Translations under genes and position numbers: made by a program
Notes under the pieces: model-generated
Database searches by the model: none
Told to the model about the DNA's origin: nothing
The model's input: the letters and a program-made list of their open reading frames with translations, nothing else
Virus record (IMG/VR): IMGVR_UViG_2941446319_000001
Direction: 5' to 3' (one strand)
DNA length: 34,747 bases
DNA from: an uncultured virus (IMG/VR IMGVR_UViG_2941446319_000001)
Taxonomy: Duplodnaviria; Heunggongvirae; Uroviricota; Caudoviricetes
In this document: piece by piece, positions 8,254 through 17,013 of the stretch
Layout: each line of letters begins with the position of its first letter
Numbering within the stretch: position 1 is the first letter of the stretch

Positions 8254-8643
8254 TCAGGCGTCGGCCGTCTGCACGTTGGCCGCGTCCCGGGCGAGCACTT
8301 CGGCGACCGTCTCGGCGATGATGAAGGCCGCCTTCCGCGCGTCGCTGCCGCCGTCCTCCTCGGCGCGCTGTGCCATCCGCATCCGGCGAGCGAAGTACTG
8401 GGCGGTCTCTCGCCTTGCCTGAGCGGCGATGCTGGCTGCGGCAGCTTCAGCCTCACGTAGCCTCGCCAGCACGTTGCCCATCCGCTCCCCCATGTAGGCG
8501 GTGTGGTTCAGGCAGTAGAAGTCCTCGCCGTGCCCCGGCTTGGGGTGCTCGTGTGCGAGGCGCTCCTGCACCATCTCGGCGAGCTGTGCGATCAGCTCGT
8601 CGGTGGCGGGCTGGGACTTGATCTCGTTGAGGTGGGTCGGCAT
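8254..8643 (-). CDS. hypothetical protein
   Basis: MPTHLNEIKSQ...; SD GGAGA. Confidence 0.7.
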   Translation of the reverse strand: MPTHLNEIKSQPATDELIAQLAEMVQERLAHEHPKPGHGEDFYCLNHTAYMGERMGNVLARLREAEAAAASIAAQARRETAQYFARRMRMAQRAEEDGGSDARKAAFIIAETVAEVLARDAANVQTADA

Positions 8644-8699
8644 CTCGGTTCTCCGTTCGGAGGGTCGGGCGACGGGCGGGAAAGCGGTTGCTGCGCGGC

Positions 8700-9002
8700 C
8701 TACAGGGAGCCGAGAACGGCCCTGGCGGCGTACCGGTCGAGCGTCCACGTCCTGTCGTCGCAGGAGACGGTCGCCGCCGTGGGGGCAGCCTTGGACAGGG
8801 GGCCGTCCGAGTCCGGGCGCACCTCGTAGCGGATCTCGACCTGGAAGGTGGCGCTCGTGTTGCCGGCCAACTCGCCGCACAACAGGGCGGCGATGTCGCT
8901 CGCGCTCGCCATCCTGAGGGGCTTGTATTCGCCGGTCAGGCACTCGGTGCAGCCGCAGTCCCACGGGTCGATCGCGAGCAGGCGGGGGCGGTCGTAGCTC
9001 AT
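8700..9002 (-). CDS. hypothetical protein
   Basis: DCGCTECLTGEYKPL motif; SD GGAGA. Confidence 0.7.
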   Translation of the reverse strand: MSYDRPRLLAIDPWDCGCTECLTGEYKPLRMASASDIAALLCGELAGNTSATFQVEIRYEVRPDSDGPLSKAAPTAATVSCDDRTWTLDRYAARAVLGSL

Positions 9003-9038
9003 CGGTCCGGTTCTCCGTTCAGGTGTTGGCGGTAGCGG

Positions 9039-9257
9039 TCAGGCGGCCGGGAACAGGACGGACAGCGGGTTGCCGCACACCGTGCAGCACATCGCGTCCG
9101 GATCCGCAGGGCGGCCCTCAGGAGGTTCACCGCACAACGTGCAGCGGGCGGGAGGGGCAGGGCGGCGGAAGATGAACCGCAGGCCCTCCACGAACATCTC
9201 GGCGAACTGGGCTCGCGTGCGGGGCAGGTAGTCAAGCATGTTGTGCACTCGATTCAC
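9039..9257 (-). CDS. small Zn-ribbon protein
   Basis: CTLCG...CTVCG. Confidence 0.5.
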   Translation of the reverse strand: MNRVHNMLDYLPRTRAQFAEMFVEGLRFIFRRPAPPARCTLCGEPPEGRPADPDAMCCTVCGNPLSVLFPAA

Positions 9258-9317
9258 GGGGGCGGGAAAGCGGTTACCGGGGGTGGCCCCGGCCGGTAGA
9301 GGGCCGGGGCCGGGAGG

Positions 9318-9878
9318 TCAGCGGGTGGCCAGCTGCTCGGCGTGCTCGGCGTCGTCCTGTGCGGCCTGGGCCTCGCCGGACTCCCAGTCGGACGTCCACG
9401 CCTCCAACTCGGCGTCGCTGACATCAGGGAGTTCGTTCATCGCCTGGAACAGGTGGACGCCCAGCGAGTCCTCTATGGGCAGCAAGATCGTGCCGTCGAG
9501 GACCATGCCGATCAGCTTCGCCGTCTCCTTCGACGCTCCCGGCCAGGCGGCGAACCGGGCCAGCGCCGTGCGGTCGCGGCCTGTGGGGCGGCCCTTGAAG
9601 AGCGGGTTCGTCACGTTACGAATCGCGTTGGCGGCGTCGATGACCTGGTTTGGGGTGAAGGCGGCAGCCCACTCGCTGACGGTCACTGTGCGGGAGATGA
9701 GCTCGGCGTCCGGGGTGCGGGCGTCCTCGGCCTGCCAGGCGCGCTCGTCGGCTACGCGCTGCTCGAACCACTCGCGGTCTGTCGCGTGGTCGGGGTAGGT
9801 CTCGATCAGGGTCTGCCACTTCCCATGCCGGGTGGTGGTGAGGCGGATGGCGTACTCGGTGCGGGTCTCGGCGGTCAT
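9318..9878 (-). CDS. hypothetical protein
   Basis: 186 aa; SD AGGAGA; followed by a GC-rich hairpin. Confidence 0.75.
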   Translation of the reverse strand: MTAETRTEYAIRLTTTRHGKWQTLIETYPDHATDREWFEQRVADERAWQAEDARTPDAELISRTVTVSEWAAAFTPNQVIDAANAIRNVTNPLFKGRPTGRDRTALARFAAWPGASKETAKLIGMVLDGTILLPIEDSLGVHLFQAMNELPDVSDAELEAWTSDWESGEAQAAQDDAEHAEQLATR

Positions 9879-9962
9879 CGCGTTCTCCTGCGGTTGAGGT
9901 GGGGCAGCGCTTGCGAGTTCAGGGAGGGGAAGGGGGCCCGGGGTCTCCCCCGGGCCGGCGGG

Positions 9963-10142
9963 TCAGAGGCCGAGCAGTTCGCGGGCGTCGGCGAGCTCGC
10001 ACCAGTAGCCGTCCCGGATCTCGGGCGTCTGGTCGGCGAGGAAGCGGTCCCTCAGCTCGGGGATGTCCCGGCTGAGCATCTGGTGCATCGCCACGATGAT
10101 CGCGGCGGTGGCCTTCTCGTCTTCGGTGGCGGTGCGGGCCAT
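9963..10142 (-). CDS. hypothetical protein (59 aa)
   Basis: MARTATEDEK...; SD AGGGAG. Confidence 0.65.
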   Translation of the reverse strand: MARTATEDEKATAAIIVAMHQMLSRDIPELRDRFLADQTPEIRDGYWCELADARELLGL

Positions 10143-10170
10143 CTCGTCTCCCTGGCGTCTCGCTCTGTTC

Positions 10171-10249
10171 GTGCATATGCACAGTAGCGTGTCGTGCATA
10201 TGCACGACAACCCCTTCTGTAGACTTTCTGCATATGCACGGCCTATCCT
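10171..10249. promoter_or_regulatory. divergent promoters with three TGCATATGCA palindromic operators
   Basis: Operators: GTGCATATGCAC 10171-10182, perfect 20-bp TGTCGTGCATATGCACGACA 10190-10209, TGCATATGCA 10229-10238. Promoters: minus TTGTCG-N18-TACTGT; plus TAGACT-N18-TATCCT. Confidence 0.8.
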
Positions 10250-10255
10250 CAGATC

Positions 10256-10450
10256 ATGGTCAGCCGAGCGAAGGAAACCCACACCACCAACCGCGTCGTG
10301 CGCGTGGACGACGCCTTGTGGGACGAGTACGAAAAAGCCTGTGCAGACGAAGGCGCCAACCGCTCCGACGACCTACGCGCGCACATGCGACGAAAGGTCG
10401 CGGCGTGGAAGCGGCGCCTCGCCAAGAAGCAGCCCGACGCCGGCGAGTAG
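10256..10450 (+). CDS. ribbon-helix-helix (CopG/Arc-like) repressor
   Basis: NRVVRVDDALWDEYEKAC...NRSDDLRAHM; leaderless ATG 6 nt after TATCCT. Confidence 0.75.
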   Translation: MVSRAKETHTTNRVVRVDDALWDEYEKACADEGANRSDDLRAHMRRKVAAWKRRLAKKQPDAGE

Positions 10451-10454
10451 CCGC

Positions 10455-10718
10455 TCACCGTCCCCTCGCAGGTGAGGCCAGCCCGTCATGCCCGGTCACC
10501 AGGCGCACGCTCGCGACATGGGCACACGAGTCGGCCTCGCCGCACGAGCACACCCACACCCCGTCAGTGAGGCGGACGAAGTGCCGGGCCCGCCGCCCCT
10601 GCACGCGGGCCCGCACAACCGTGGGCGGAGAGTCGTTGCCGCCCCCGCTCGCCCGGCACACCAGCACCCCGCCGTCCCGGATGTAGGAGCAGGCGAGGGA
10701 ACGCACATCGGCGGCCAT
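10455..10718 (-). CDS. SWIM-type Zn-finger protein
   Basis: WVCSCGEADSCAH (CxC-x5-CxH). Confidence 0.65.
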   Translation of the reverse strand: MAADVRSLACSYIRDGGVLVCRASGGGNDSPPTVVRARVQGRRARHFVRLTDGVWVCSCGEADSCAHVASVRLVTGHDGLASPARGR

Positions 10719-11116
10719 TACGGCGCCTCCTTCGGCTGGTCCAGCGCGGCGAGGTCGACACCCAGTTCGGCGAGCATCCCGATCGCGGCAACGGTGGCGA
10801 TGGACGCGGCGCGGGCCACGTCGACCTCGGTCTCGTCCTGGACATGGGCTCGGAGGTGCTGGCCGATCCGCTCGTACAGCAGCTCGTCCGGGGTGAGGTC
10901 GGCTCCGGTGCGGCGGGCCCACTCCGGGGACAGACGCGGGGGCGGCTCGGACTCGGGCTTGGCGGGCGGGTCTCCGGGCTTGCCCTTAGTGATGAGCAGC
11001 AGCGCCCAGGTGTCACGGCCGATCAGGGTCCGCCAGTAGACGGGGCGGTCCATCTCGGGCGAGGCCCAGGCGTTGGCGAGCTTGGCCAGGCTGAGGATCG
11101 GGATGCGGCGGATCAT
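10718..11116 (-). CDS. hypothetical protein
   Basis: MIRRIPIL...; TGATG/TAATG overlaps. Confidence 0.65.
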   Translation of the reverse strand: MIRRIPILSLAKLANAWASPEMDRPVYWRTLIGRDTWALLLITKGKPGDPPAKPESEPPPRLSPEWARRTGADLTPDELLYERIGQHLRAHVQDETEVDVARAASIATVAAIGMLAELGVDLAALDQPKEAP

Positions 11117-11289
11117 CAGAACGCCTCCCTGGACTGCTGGCCGCGCTCCTGCTTGCGCTTCCACGCGGCTGCGGCTCGGCGCTCGCGGCGGTTGCGTGGG
11201 GCTTCCACGTCTACGAGGTCTTTGGTTTCACGGTCTACGAGGGGTCCGCCCTGCTTGTTGACCTTCACCCAGGATCGAGCGATCTTCAT
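11116..11289 (-). CDS. small basic hypothetical protein
   Basis: MKIARSWVKV...NRRERRAA; ATGA overlap. Confidence 0.55.
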   Translation of the reverse strand: MKIARSWVKVNKQGGPLVDRETKDLVDVEAPRNRRERRAAAAWKRKQERGQQSREAF

Positions 11290-11555
11290 CTGCCTTCCTC
11301 CCCCGCCTGGTGGGCTTCCTTGTCGGCGTCCATCAGCATCCGGATCAGGCTGTCGGCGTCCTCGCGGGCCATCTCGTACGGCTCGACGTCGAGTTCGCCG
11401 TGGGCGATCCACACGGTTTCGGTTTCGCCGACGGCTGCATCTTCGGCGTTGACGGCGTAGTCGAGGATGCGGGCTGCGGCGTCGGGGTGGGCGCTGCCTG
11501 AGGTGGTGGTGATGCGGCCGTCCCACCTGAGGATGACGATCTTGGTTGGTTTCAT
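11286..11555 (-). CDS. hypothetical protein
   Basis: SD AGGAGA; AT-richer upstream intergenic region. Confidence 0.65.
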   Translation of the reverse strand: MKPTKIVILRWDGRITTTSGSAHPDAAARILDYAVNAEDAAVGETETVWIAHGELDVEPYEMAREDADSLIRMLMDADKEAHQAGEEGR

Positions 11556-11684
11556 TGCGTTCGGGTCTCCTATCGAACATCGCGTGAATTGATCTTGATC
11601 AGCTAGTTATTCGATCTTGAGTTCCCAGCGAAGCGCCCAGAATCGCCACAGAATCGACGCTGGGCGCTCCGCAGAGGCGCGGAC

Positions 11685-12065
11685 CTACACAGGGAGCGGA
11701 TCGGCCCCTGGAGGCGTCAGCGTCGCTTCTGGGCCACTTCTCGGCCCATCCCCGCCCGGCGCGACCCCAGCCACATCGGCCCCACCGGACCCGATCGCGT
11801 TGAACAGCCGGTCCGCCGCCGCCCACGACGACAGCCCTTGCTCGCCCAGGACGGCCAGCTCGTCGAGCACCACCGCCTCGGCCGCCTCGTCCTCGACCGT
11901 GAACCGGTACGGGACCACGATCTTGACCGGGGCCTGCCCGTGCACCGACGCCCAGTCCAGCGGCGACGGCCCCGCGGGCTCCTGCGCCGTCTCGGTCGTT
12001 GAGGGGGCCGAGCTCCACAGCTCCGGCCAGTGATCCCACCCCCACCCGGGGAACGGCCACGTCAC
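11685..12065 (-). CDS. hypothetical protein
   Basis: GTG start overlapping the upstream stop (GTGA). Confidence 0.5.
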   Translation of the reverse strand: MTWPFPGWGWDHWPELWSSAPSTTETAQEPAGPSPLDWASVHGQAPVKIVVPYRFTVEDEAAEAVVLDELAVLGEQGLSSWAAADRLFNAIGSGGADVAGVAPGGDGPRSGPEATLTPPGADPLPV

Positions 12066-12538
12066 GACGGGCCGCCGTTCAGGGTCCGAGCCACGGCCAG
12101 CGCGTGGAACGTGTGGCCGTCCGCGCTGTTGCCGCGCTTCTCCCACATGCGAGCCTCGGTCTCCAGCCAGGAGGCGAGAAGATCCCGGGCGTTGATCAGC
12201 GTCACCACCAGCCGCGCCAGGACGCGGTCTTGCACGTCGAAGTAGTGGCAGTTCCGGCAGATCTCGGCGGGCTCGTCGTGGTCGCCGCAGATCACCACGA
12301 CCGCCGTGTGCTCGATGACGCGGGCGGTCACGGCGGGCAGCAGGTGCTCCCGCGCTCGCGCGGCTGCCTCCCGCATCTCGTCGGCGGGCGTCTCGGCCTT
12401 CTTGGGTGCCAGCAGTGCCACTGCGCAGTCCCGGCAGAACTGGCCGGGCCGCCCCTCGAAGAGGTGCAGGTGCTCGAATGTGGACCCGCACCGGGAGCAG
12501 GTGTCGTCGGCAGGCGTCTCGGTCCTGGTGTCAGCCAT
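12062..12538 (-). CDS. Cys-containing hypothetical protein
   Basis: MADTRTET...CSRC...CRDC; TGATG overlap. Confidence 0.65.
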   Translation of the reverse strand: MADTRTETPADDTCSRCGSTFEHLHLFEGRPGQFCRDCAVALLAPKKAETPADEMREAAARAREHLLPAVTARVIEHTAVVVICGDHDEPAEICRNCHYFDVQDRVLARLVVTLINARDLLASWLETEARMWEKRGNSADGHTFHALAVARTLNGGPS

Positions 12539-13050
12539 CACGCGAATCCCATCCCTCGAAACACGAGAACCCAGTTGTTCTCGCCCTGCCGCTGGTACAT
12601 CACGTCGGACATGGCCGCCTCGAAGCGGATCCGCCAGTCCCCGGGCGTCTCCCGCGCCTTGAGCTCGAAGTGCGCCAGCCGCTTCTTCTCGCTGTCGCCC
12701 TCCCAGACGATCTCGCCGTCCCGAGTGACGGACACCCGCCCGAACCCGACCGCGCACACCCGAGTCAACGGCAGGGCGGCAGGCTTGGGCGGACACGACA
12801 GGCAGCCGCCAGGGACGGGCCGCATCGAGAACACCGGCAGCACGCCCGGCCCGTCGTAGCCGCAGAACGACCACCGGGAGCCCCGCGCGAACCGGTCGGC
12901 GAGGATCCGTGTCTTGCGGCGCTGGCCCTTGGCGTACACGTACCGGGCGTCAACCTCGTTGACGGTCAGGTAGCGCCAGCCGTCGTAGCGGTCATCCCGG
13001 AGCGCCCACACCTGCCCTGGTGCCACTTCGATCTTGGTCGTCTCAGCCAT
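12538..13050 (-). CDS. hypothetical protein
   Basis: MAETTKIEVAPGQVW...; SD GAGGAG. Confidence 0.7.
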   Translation of the reverse strand: MAETTKIEVAPGQVWALRDDRYDGWRYLTVNEVDARYVYAKGQRRKTRILADRFARGSRWSFCGYDGPGVLPVFSMRPVPGGCLSCPPKPAALPLTRVCAVGFGRVSVTRDGEIVWEGDSEKKRLAHFELKARETPGDWRIRFEAAMSDVMYQRQGENNWVLVFRGMGFA

Positions 13051-13477
13051 TCGGGCTCTCCTCGCTGATCGGTTCAGGGGTGGGGTCGGGTGGGGCGGGA
13101 CTGGAGAAGATCGGAACGACCTCCGCCATAGGCGCAACAGGAGGCGGCGGGCCCAGCCACACCGACTCGCAGCCGTCACTCGTGCAGATGAATCCCGGCC
13201 CGCCCGGCGCCTCAGGCAGCCGATAGAAGAACCCGGGGATGACGCCCGCCAAGTCGGCCAGCAGCCGGATCTGCTCCGGTGTGGGAATCCGCGTGCCGGC
13301 CTCCCACTCGTCGACCATCGGCTCCTCGCCGCCGAACATCCGGTCGACCTCCGGCCCGTACAGGCCAGCGAGGTTGAGTGCTGCTGTGATGCGATCCGGG
13401 AGCGGCTTCTTCGTGGCGAGTTCCCGGTCTTCCCGCTGCCGCAGGAGGGTCATCTTGTACTTCGCTCGGTCGTTCAC
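13043..13477 (-). CDS. XRE-like HTH protein
   Basis: PDRITAALNLAGLYGPEVD...VDEWEAGTRIPTPEQIRLLADLAGV. Confidence 0.7.
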   Translation of the reverse strand: MNDRAKYKMTLLRQREDRELATKKPLPDRITAALNLAGLYGPEVDRMFGGEEPMVDEWEAGTRIPTPEQIRLLADLAGVIPGFFYRLPEAPGGPGFICTSDGCESVWLGPPPPVAPMAEVVPIFSSPAPPDPTPEPISEESPNG

Positions 13478-13650
13478 GCCTCCTCCTTCGGGTCGGCTGG
13501 TCCGGGGTCGGACAGCAGTTCGTCGAGCAGGCGGATCAGCTCGTTCAGGTCGCCCCATTCCGAGCCGCAGCAGCACACCTGCGAGGGCGGGCCCTCGAAC
13601 GGGTAGCAGCCGCCGCAGCTCGGGCACGGGTTGGTGGTGGTCGTGCTCAT
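13474..13650 (-). CDS. small Cys-rich protein (58 aa, not in the ORF track)
   Basis: MSTTTTNPCPSCGGCYPFEGPPSQVCCCG...; ATGA and GTGA overlaps on both sides. Confidence 0.55.
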   Translation of the reverse strand: MSTTTTNPCPSCGGCYPFEGPPSQVCCCGSEWGDLNELIRLLDELLSDPGPADPKEEA

Positions 13651-14204
13651 CGGCTGCCGACCCTCGAACGGATGCTCCAGTACTTCGCCTTAACCGGACC
13701 GTCCTTCTGGCACCAGACGACCTCGTCGTGCAGCAGCAGTGACCAGCCGCGATAGGGGAGCTGGCAGAGGTCTCCGACGCCAAGTTGTCCGAGTAGGCGG
13801 CAAACGAGACCCGGCATCTCCATGTCGTGTAGACCCATGAACGGTGACGGGCACATGAAGACTTTGAGACGCCCATATCCACGCCAGTAGACATGTGTGT
13901 AGTCGACGGCCTGAGCCATCCACGCGGTGAAATCCCGCGTGGTTGCCAGATCGGGGACCTTGAACTCCAGCCCGAAGACCGGCTCATCGTCCTTCCATTG
14001 AGAGTCGTCGATGGGACGGAGCACGGCGTCGATGCGGAGTTGCCTGCCCGAGCAGTGCGAGCCCCAGACTTCGCGCTCGACGTGGAACGACTGCGCCAGG
14101 TCCTCAAGCACCCGAGCGGCCAGTTCGGCCTCGCTCCACGCCGGCGGGGGAGCGATCCTAGAACGGAGGCGCATCGGGCGTGCCTCCGTTCGCCCACGGG
14201 TCAT
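13647..14204 (-). CDS. PD-(D/E)xK restriction-endonuclease-like protein
   Basis: RIDAVL...GLEFK...AQAVDY fits D...ExK...QxxxY. Confidence 0.6.
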   Translation of the reverse strand: MTRGRTEARPMRLRSRIAPPPAWSEAELAARVLEDLAQSFHVEREVWGSHCSGRQLRIDAVLRPIDDSQWKDDEPVFGLEFKVPDLATTRDFTAWMAQAVDYTHVYWRGYGRLKVFMCPSPFMGLHDMEMPGLVCRLLGQLGVGDLCQLPYRGWSLLLHDEVVWCQKDGPVKAKYWSIRSRVGSR

Positions 14205-14568
14205 CAGCCGTGCCGCCGTTGCTCGAACGCTCCGCGGTCTTCGGCGGCCAGCGCAGGTTCAAGCCGGCCGACTCCACCCGCACCTCGATACGGGAGTGCT
14301 TCTGGCCGTCCTTCTCCCAGCTCGACTGGAACGCCTGCCCAGACACGACCACCGCGGCGCCCTTGCGCAGGTTCTCGGTGACGTGCTCGGCGAACTGATC
14401 CCACGCGGTGCAGGTCCAGAACGTGGTGTCGACGTCCTCCCACTGGTCGCCGTTCTTGCGGCGGCGGGAGGTGACGACGGTGAAGCGGGCGATGGCTTTG
14501 CCGGTCTGGGTGAACTTCAGCTCGGGATCGTTGGCCATGCGGCCGGTGAGGGTGATGGGTGCGGACAT
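14158..14568 (-). CDS. ssb: single-stranded DNA-binding protein
   Basis: ITLTGRMANDPELKFT...FWTCTAW...ENLRKG; C-terminal DDPW...APPF. Confidence 0.95.
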   Translation of the reverse strand: MSAPITLTGRMANDPELKFTQTGKAIARFTVVTSRRRKNGDQWEDVDTTFWTCTAWDQFAEHVTENLRKGAAVVVSGQAFQSSWEKDGQKHSRIEVRVESAGLNLRWPPKTAERSSNGGTADDPWANGGTPDAPPF

Positions 14569-14572
14569 GGGG

Positions 14573-16177
14573 CTATGCGCTCCTTCGGTCGATGGAGTCC
14601 CAGCCGGGGGCGGGGACGAAATCGGGGACGACCTTCCAGGGCCAGTTGCCTTCGCCCCCGTAGGTGAGGCGGGTTGGCCAGTCACGGTCGTCTCGGGCGC
14701 CACGCCAGGGCTTGACGGCCACGGTTCGGCAGCGCTCGCCAGGCCGCTGGTCGGGGTCGTCGGGGGCGATTCCGAGGCCGAACTCGGGCCAGCGCAGCAG
14801 GAGGCTCGACCCGACTGGGCGGACGGAGCGGTCTTTCCCGCCGCCGGCGTTGCCGTGGCCTGCGTGGGCTTCGATGACCATCGCGCAGTCGGCCAGGACT
14901 CGCGCCTGGTCGAGCACGGCGACGGTGGCGCGGGCGGCTTCCTCGTCGTTGATGTTGCCTGCGTGCAGGCGGTAGAACGGGCCGATGAACAGCAGGTCCG
15001 GCTTGTGGGCCGTGACCCGTTCGAGCAGCCATGCGGCGTCGCCGGGGCGGAGCATGTCGATTCCCGCGGGCTTGTGGATGAGGCGCAGCGCGCCGTCCGG
15101 GACGCGATGCCCGAATTTGATCGACGAGGCGGCGAGCGGCCGGAACTTGCGGCGGGACTGCTGCTCGGAGTTCTCGCAGTCGATCAGCAGCACCCGCATG
15201 GGAGGGATGTCCGTCCACTTGAACGGGTGCATCCCCGCGGCGACCATGACGGCCATCTGACGAATGGCCATGCTCTTGCCGAGCCCTTCGAATCCCGTAA
15301 AGACGAGCCGGTCTCCGCGCTCCAGCAGGTTGGGCACCACCCAGTCGAAGTCTTCGTCGTCAACGGAGATGAACTCCCACAGGTCCGGCGCGAGATCAGG
15401 CTTGGCGGGCTCTTCGCTGGCCCAGATCTCCACCAGGTCCGGCAGCTTCTTGCCCGCCTGGAAGTGGTCTGTGGCGTCCTTGCCGACCGCCGGTTCCGCG
15501 ATGCGGATGGAGGCGGCGATCCCCGTGAGCGCGTCGCGCACCCGTCGGGCGTGCGCCTCGCCGGGGTTGTCCCGGTCGCAGATGATCGTGACGTCGGCGT
15601 CGCGGAACACCTCGTTGTACTCGGGCCGCCACTTGCCGGCGCCGCCAGGGTTGCACGTCGCGACGAGCCCTTGGCCTTCCAGCGTGTGGACGTCTTTCTC
15701 TCCTTCGGTGATGAAGATGACGTGGCCGTCGCGGATGCCTTCGATCACCCTGGGGAGGCGGTAGAGCGGGCGGCGGGTGTCGCCGAGCTTCCAGCTCCAG
15801 CCCTTCGGCCGGGACGGGTCGGGGATCCGGCAGGGGAACTGCTTGTCCGCGGTGCGCATCACCTGGAACAGCAGCTTGCCGTCTTCGTCCACGTAGTCGT
15901 AGATCGCAGTTGCCGGGCCGCGGGGCGTCCACTCGCCGCGCTCCTCGCGCTGGCCACGCGGCTTGCACAGGTCCTCCCAGGTGAGGCCGATCGCGTCGAG
16001 GATGGCGTCACGGTCGCATCCGGCGTGGCAGGTGAACACCACGGGGTGCTCCTTGCCGACGGCGAGCGAAAGGCTGGCGGTGCCGTCGTTGTGGGCGGGG
16101 CACCGGGCCATGAAGCTGCCGTTCTGGGAGCGGACCCCGTCCAGCTTGGGCAGGAGCATCTCGCGCAGGATGTCCAT
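14573..16177 (-). CDS. primase-helicase (Zn-binding + TOPRIM + RecA-like AAA_25 ATPase)
   Basis: CPAHND...CHAGC; ITEGEKD and CDRD (TOPRIM); GFEGLGKS Walker A. Confidence 0.9.
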   Translation of the reverse strand: MDILREMLLPKLDGVRSQNGSFMARCPAHNDGTASLSLAVGKEHPVVFTCHAGCDRDAILDAIGLTWEDLCKPRGQREERGEWTPRGPATAIYDYVDEDGKLLFQVMRTADKQFPCRIPDPSRPKGWSWKLGDTRRPLYRLPRVIEGIRDGHVIFITEGEKDVHTLEGQGLVATCNPGGAGKWRPEYNEVFRDADVTIICDRDNPGEAHARRVRDALTGIAASIRIAEPAVGKDATDHFQAGKKLPDLVEIWASEEPAKPDLAPDLWEFISVDDEDFDWVVPNLLERGDRLVFTGFEGLGKSMAIRQMAVMVAAGMHPFKWTDIPPMRVLLIDCENSEQQSRRKFRPLAASSIKFGHRVPDGALRLIHKPAGIDMLRPGDAAWLLERVTAHKPDLLFIGPFYRLHAGNINDEEAARATVAVLDQARVLADCAMVIEAHAGHGNAGGGKDRSVRPVGSSLLLRWPEFGLGIAPDDPDQRPGERCRTVAVKPWRGARDDRDWPTRLTYGGEGNWPWKVVPDFVPAPGWDSIDRRSA

Positions 16178-17013
16178 CAGTTCTCCCAGAACATGCCGAC
16201 GTTGGCGGGCCGATGAGTTTCAGCGTGGGTCAAGGGCTGGTCTTTCCAGCGCTCGCCGTTGAGCCAGGTGGACGGGTGGGCGATGAACTGGGGATCACGT
16301 GACCGGGTGGGGTCCATCCGGAACCGCTCGGCGCCAGCGATGATCTCTTCAGGGTCGACGTTGTCGTCCATCGCCTTGGCCCATGCCTTCTTGGCGTGGC
16401 CCTTGCCGACCTTGCGGGGGTAGGTCTCCCAGAATCGGGCGAAGCCGGGATCGTCATCTCCGACGCGGCGTGAGCCGCGTTTCCCCCTCTGGGGGGTAGG
16501 GGGGTTATTTCCCTGCTCCCTGCTCCCTGCTCCCTGCTCAGGGCCGAAGGTCTCCGGAACGTTCCCGCCGCTCTCGCGAGACTCTCCGGAGAGTGGGACT
16601 ACGACATCTGACTCGTCTTCGTCGTCGCAGCTCAGCATGTATGCCATGGCGAACGCGTCGTCGATTTCGTCCGGTGTCGGCCGGACGTAGCGAGGCTTTC
16701 CGGGGTGCGACACCTTCTGGTGCTCATCCCAGCTCGTGATGAACAGGAGAGCCCTTCCGGCGGCCTCGTAACGCACGATCAAACCCGCCTCGGAGAGTCT
16801 CCGGAGATCCTCCCGCGTTCTCACGAGAGCCTCCAGAGGGTCATCCTCAAGGGGCCAAATCGCAGCAGCGATGAGCCGCACGTTGTCGGCGGCCACTCCG
16901 TTGTCGTCCGCGTGCGTCCACAGGCCGATGAACGTCAGGCGAGCCGACATGGGCAGGGATGCGATCTTCTCCGACGTGAAGAAATCGGGCTTGATCGACC
17001 TGATGCGCGCCAT
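16177..17013 (-). CDS. phage replication initiator / replisome organiser
   Basis: MARIRSIKPDFF N-terminus; FARFWETYPRKVGK...HPSTWLNGERW C-terminus; directly upstream of the primase-helicase. Confidence 0.85.
   Translation of the reverse strand: MARIRSIKPDFFTSEKIASLPMSARLTFIGLWTHADDNGVAADNVRLIAAAIWPLEDDPLEALVRTREDLRRLSEAGLIVRYEAAGRALLFITSWDEHQKVSHPGKPRYVRPTPDEIDDAFAMAYMLSCDDEDESDVVVPLSGESRESGGNVPETFGPEQGAGSREQGNNPPTPQRGKRGSRRVGDDDPGFARFWETYPRKVGKGHAKKAWAKAMDDNVDPEEIIAGAERFRMDPTRSRDPQFIAHPSTWLNGERWKDQPLTHAETHRPANVGMFWEN
16511..16538 (+). repeat. (CCCTGCT)x4 tandem repeat inside the initiator gene; putative origin iterons
   Basis: Four exact 7-mers; TCTCCGGA motifs nearby at ~16551, ~16583 and ~16798. 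Confidence 0.55.

Noticed and set aside
11560..11680. Possible LexA or other named operator in the AT-richer gap (TCGAAC half-site, GATCTTGA x2, CAGAATCG x2)
   Set aside because: Only a half-site and short repeats are present, which is not enough to assign a regulator.
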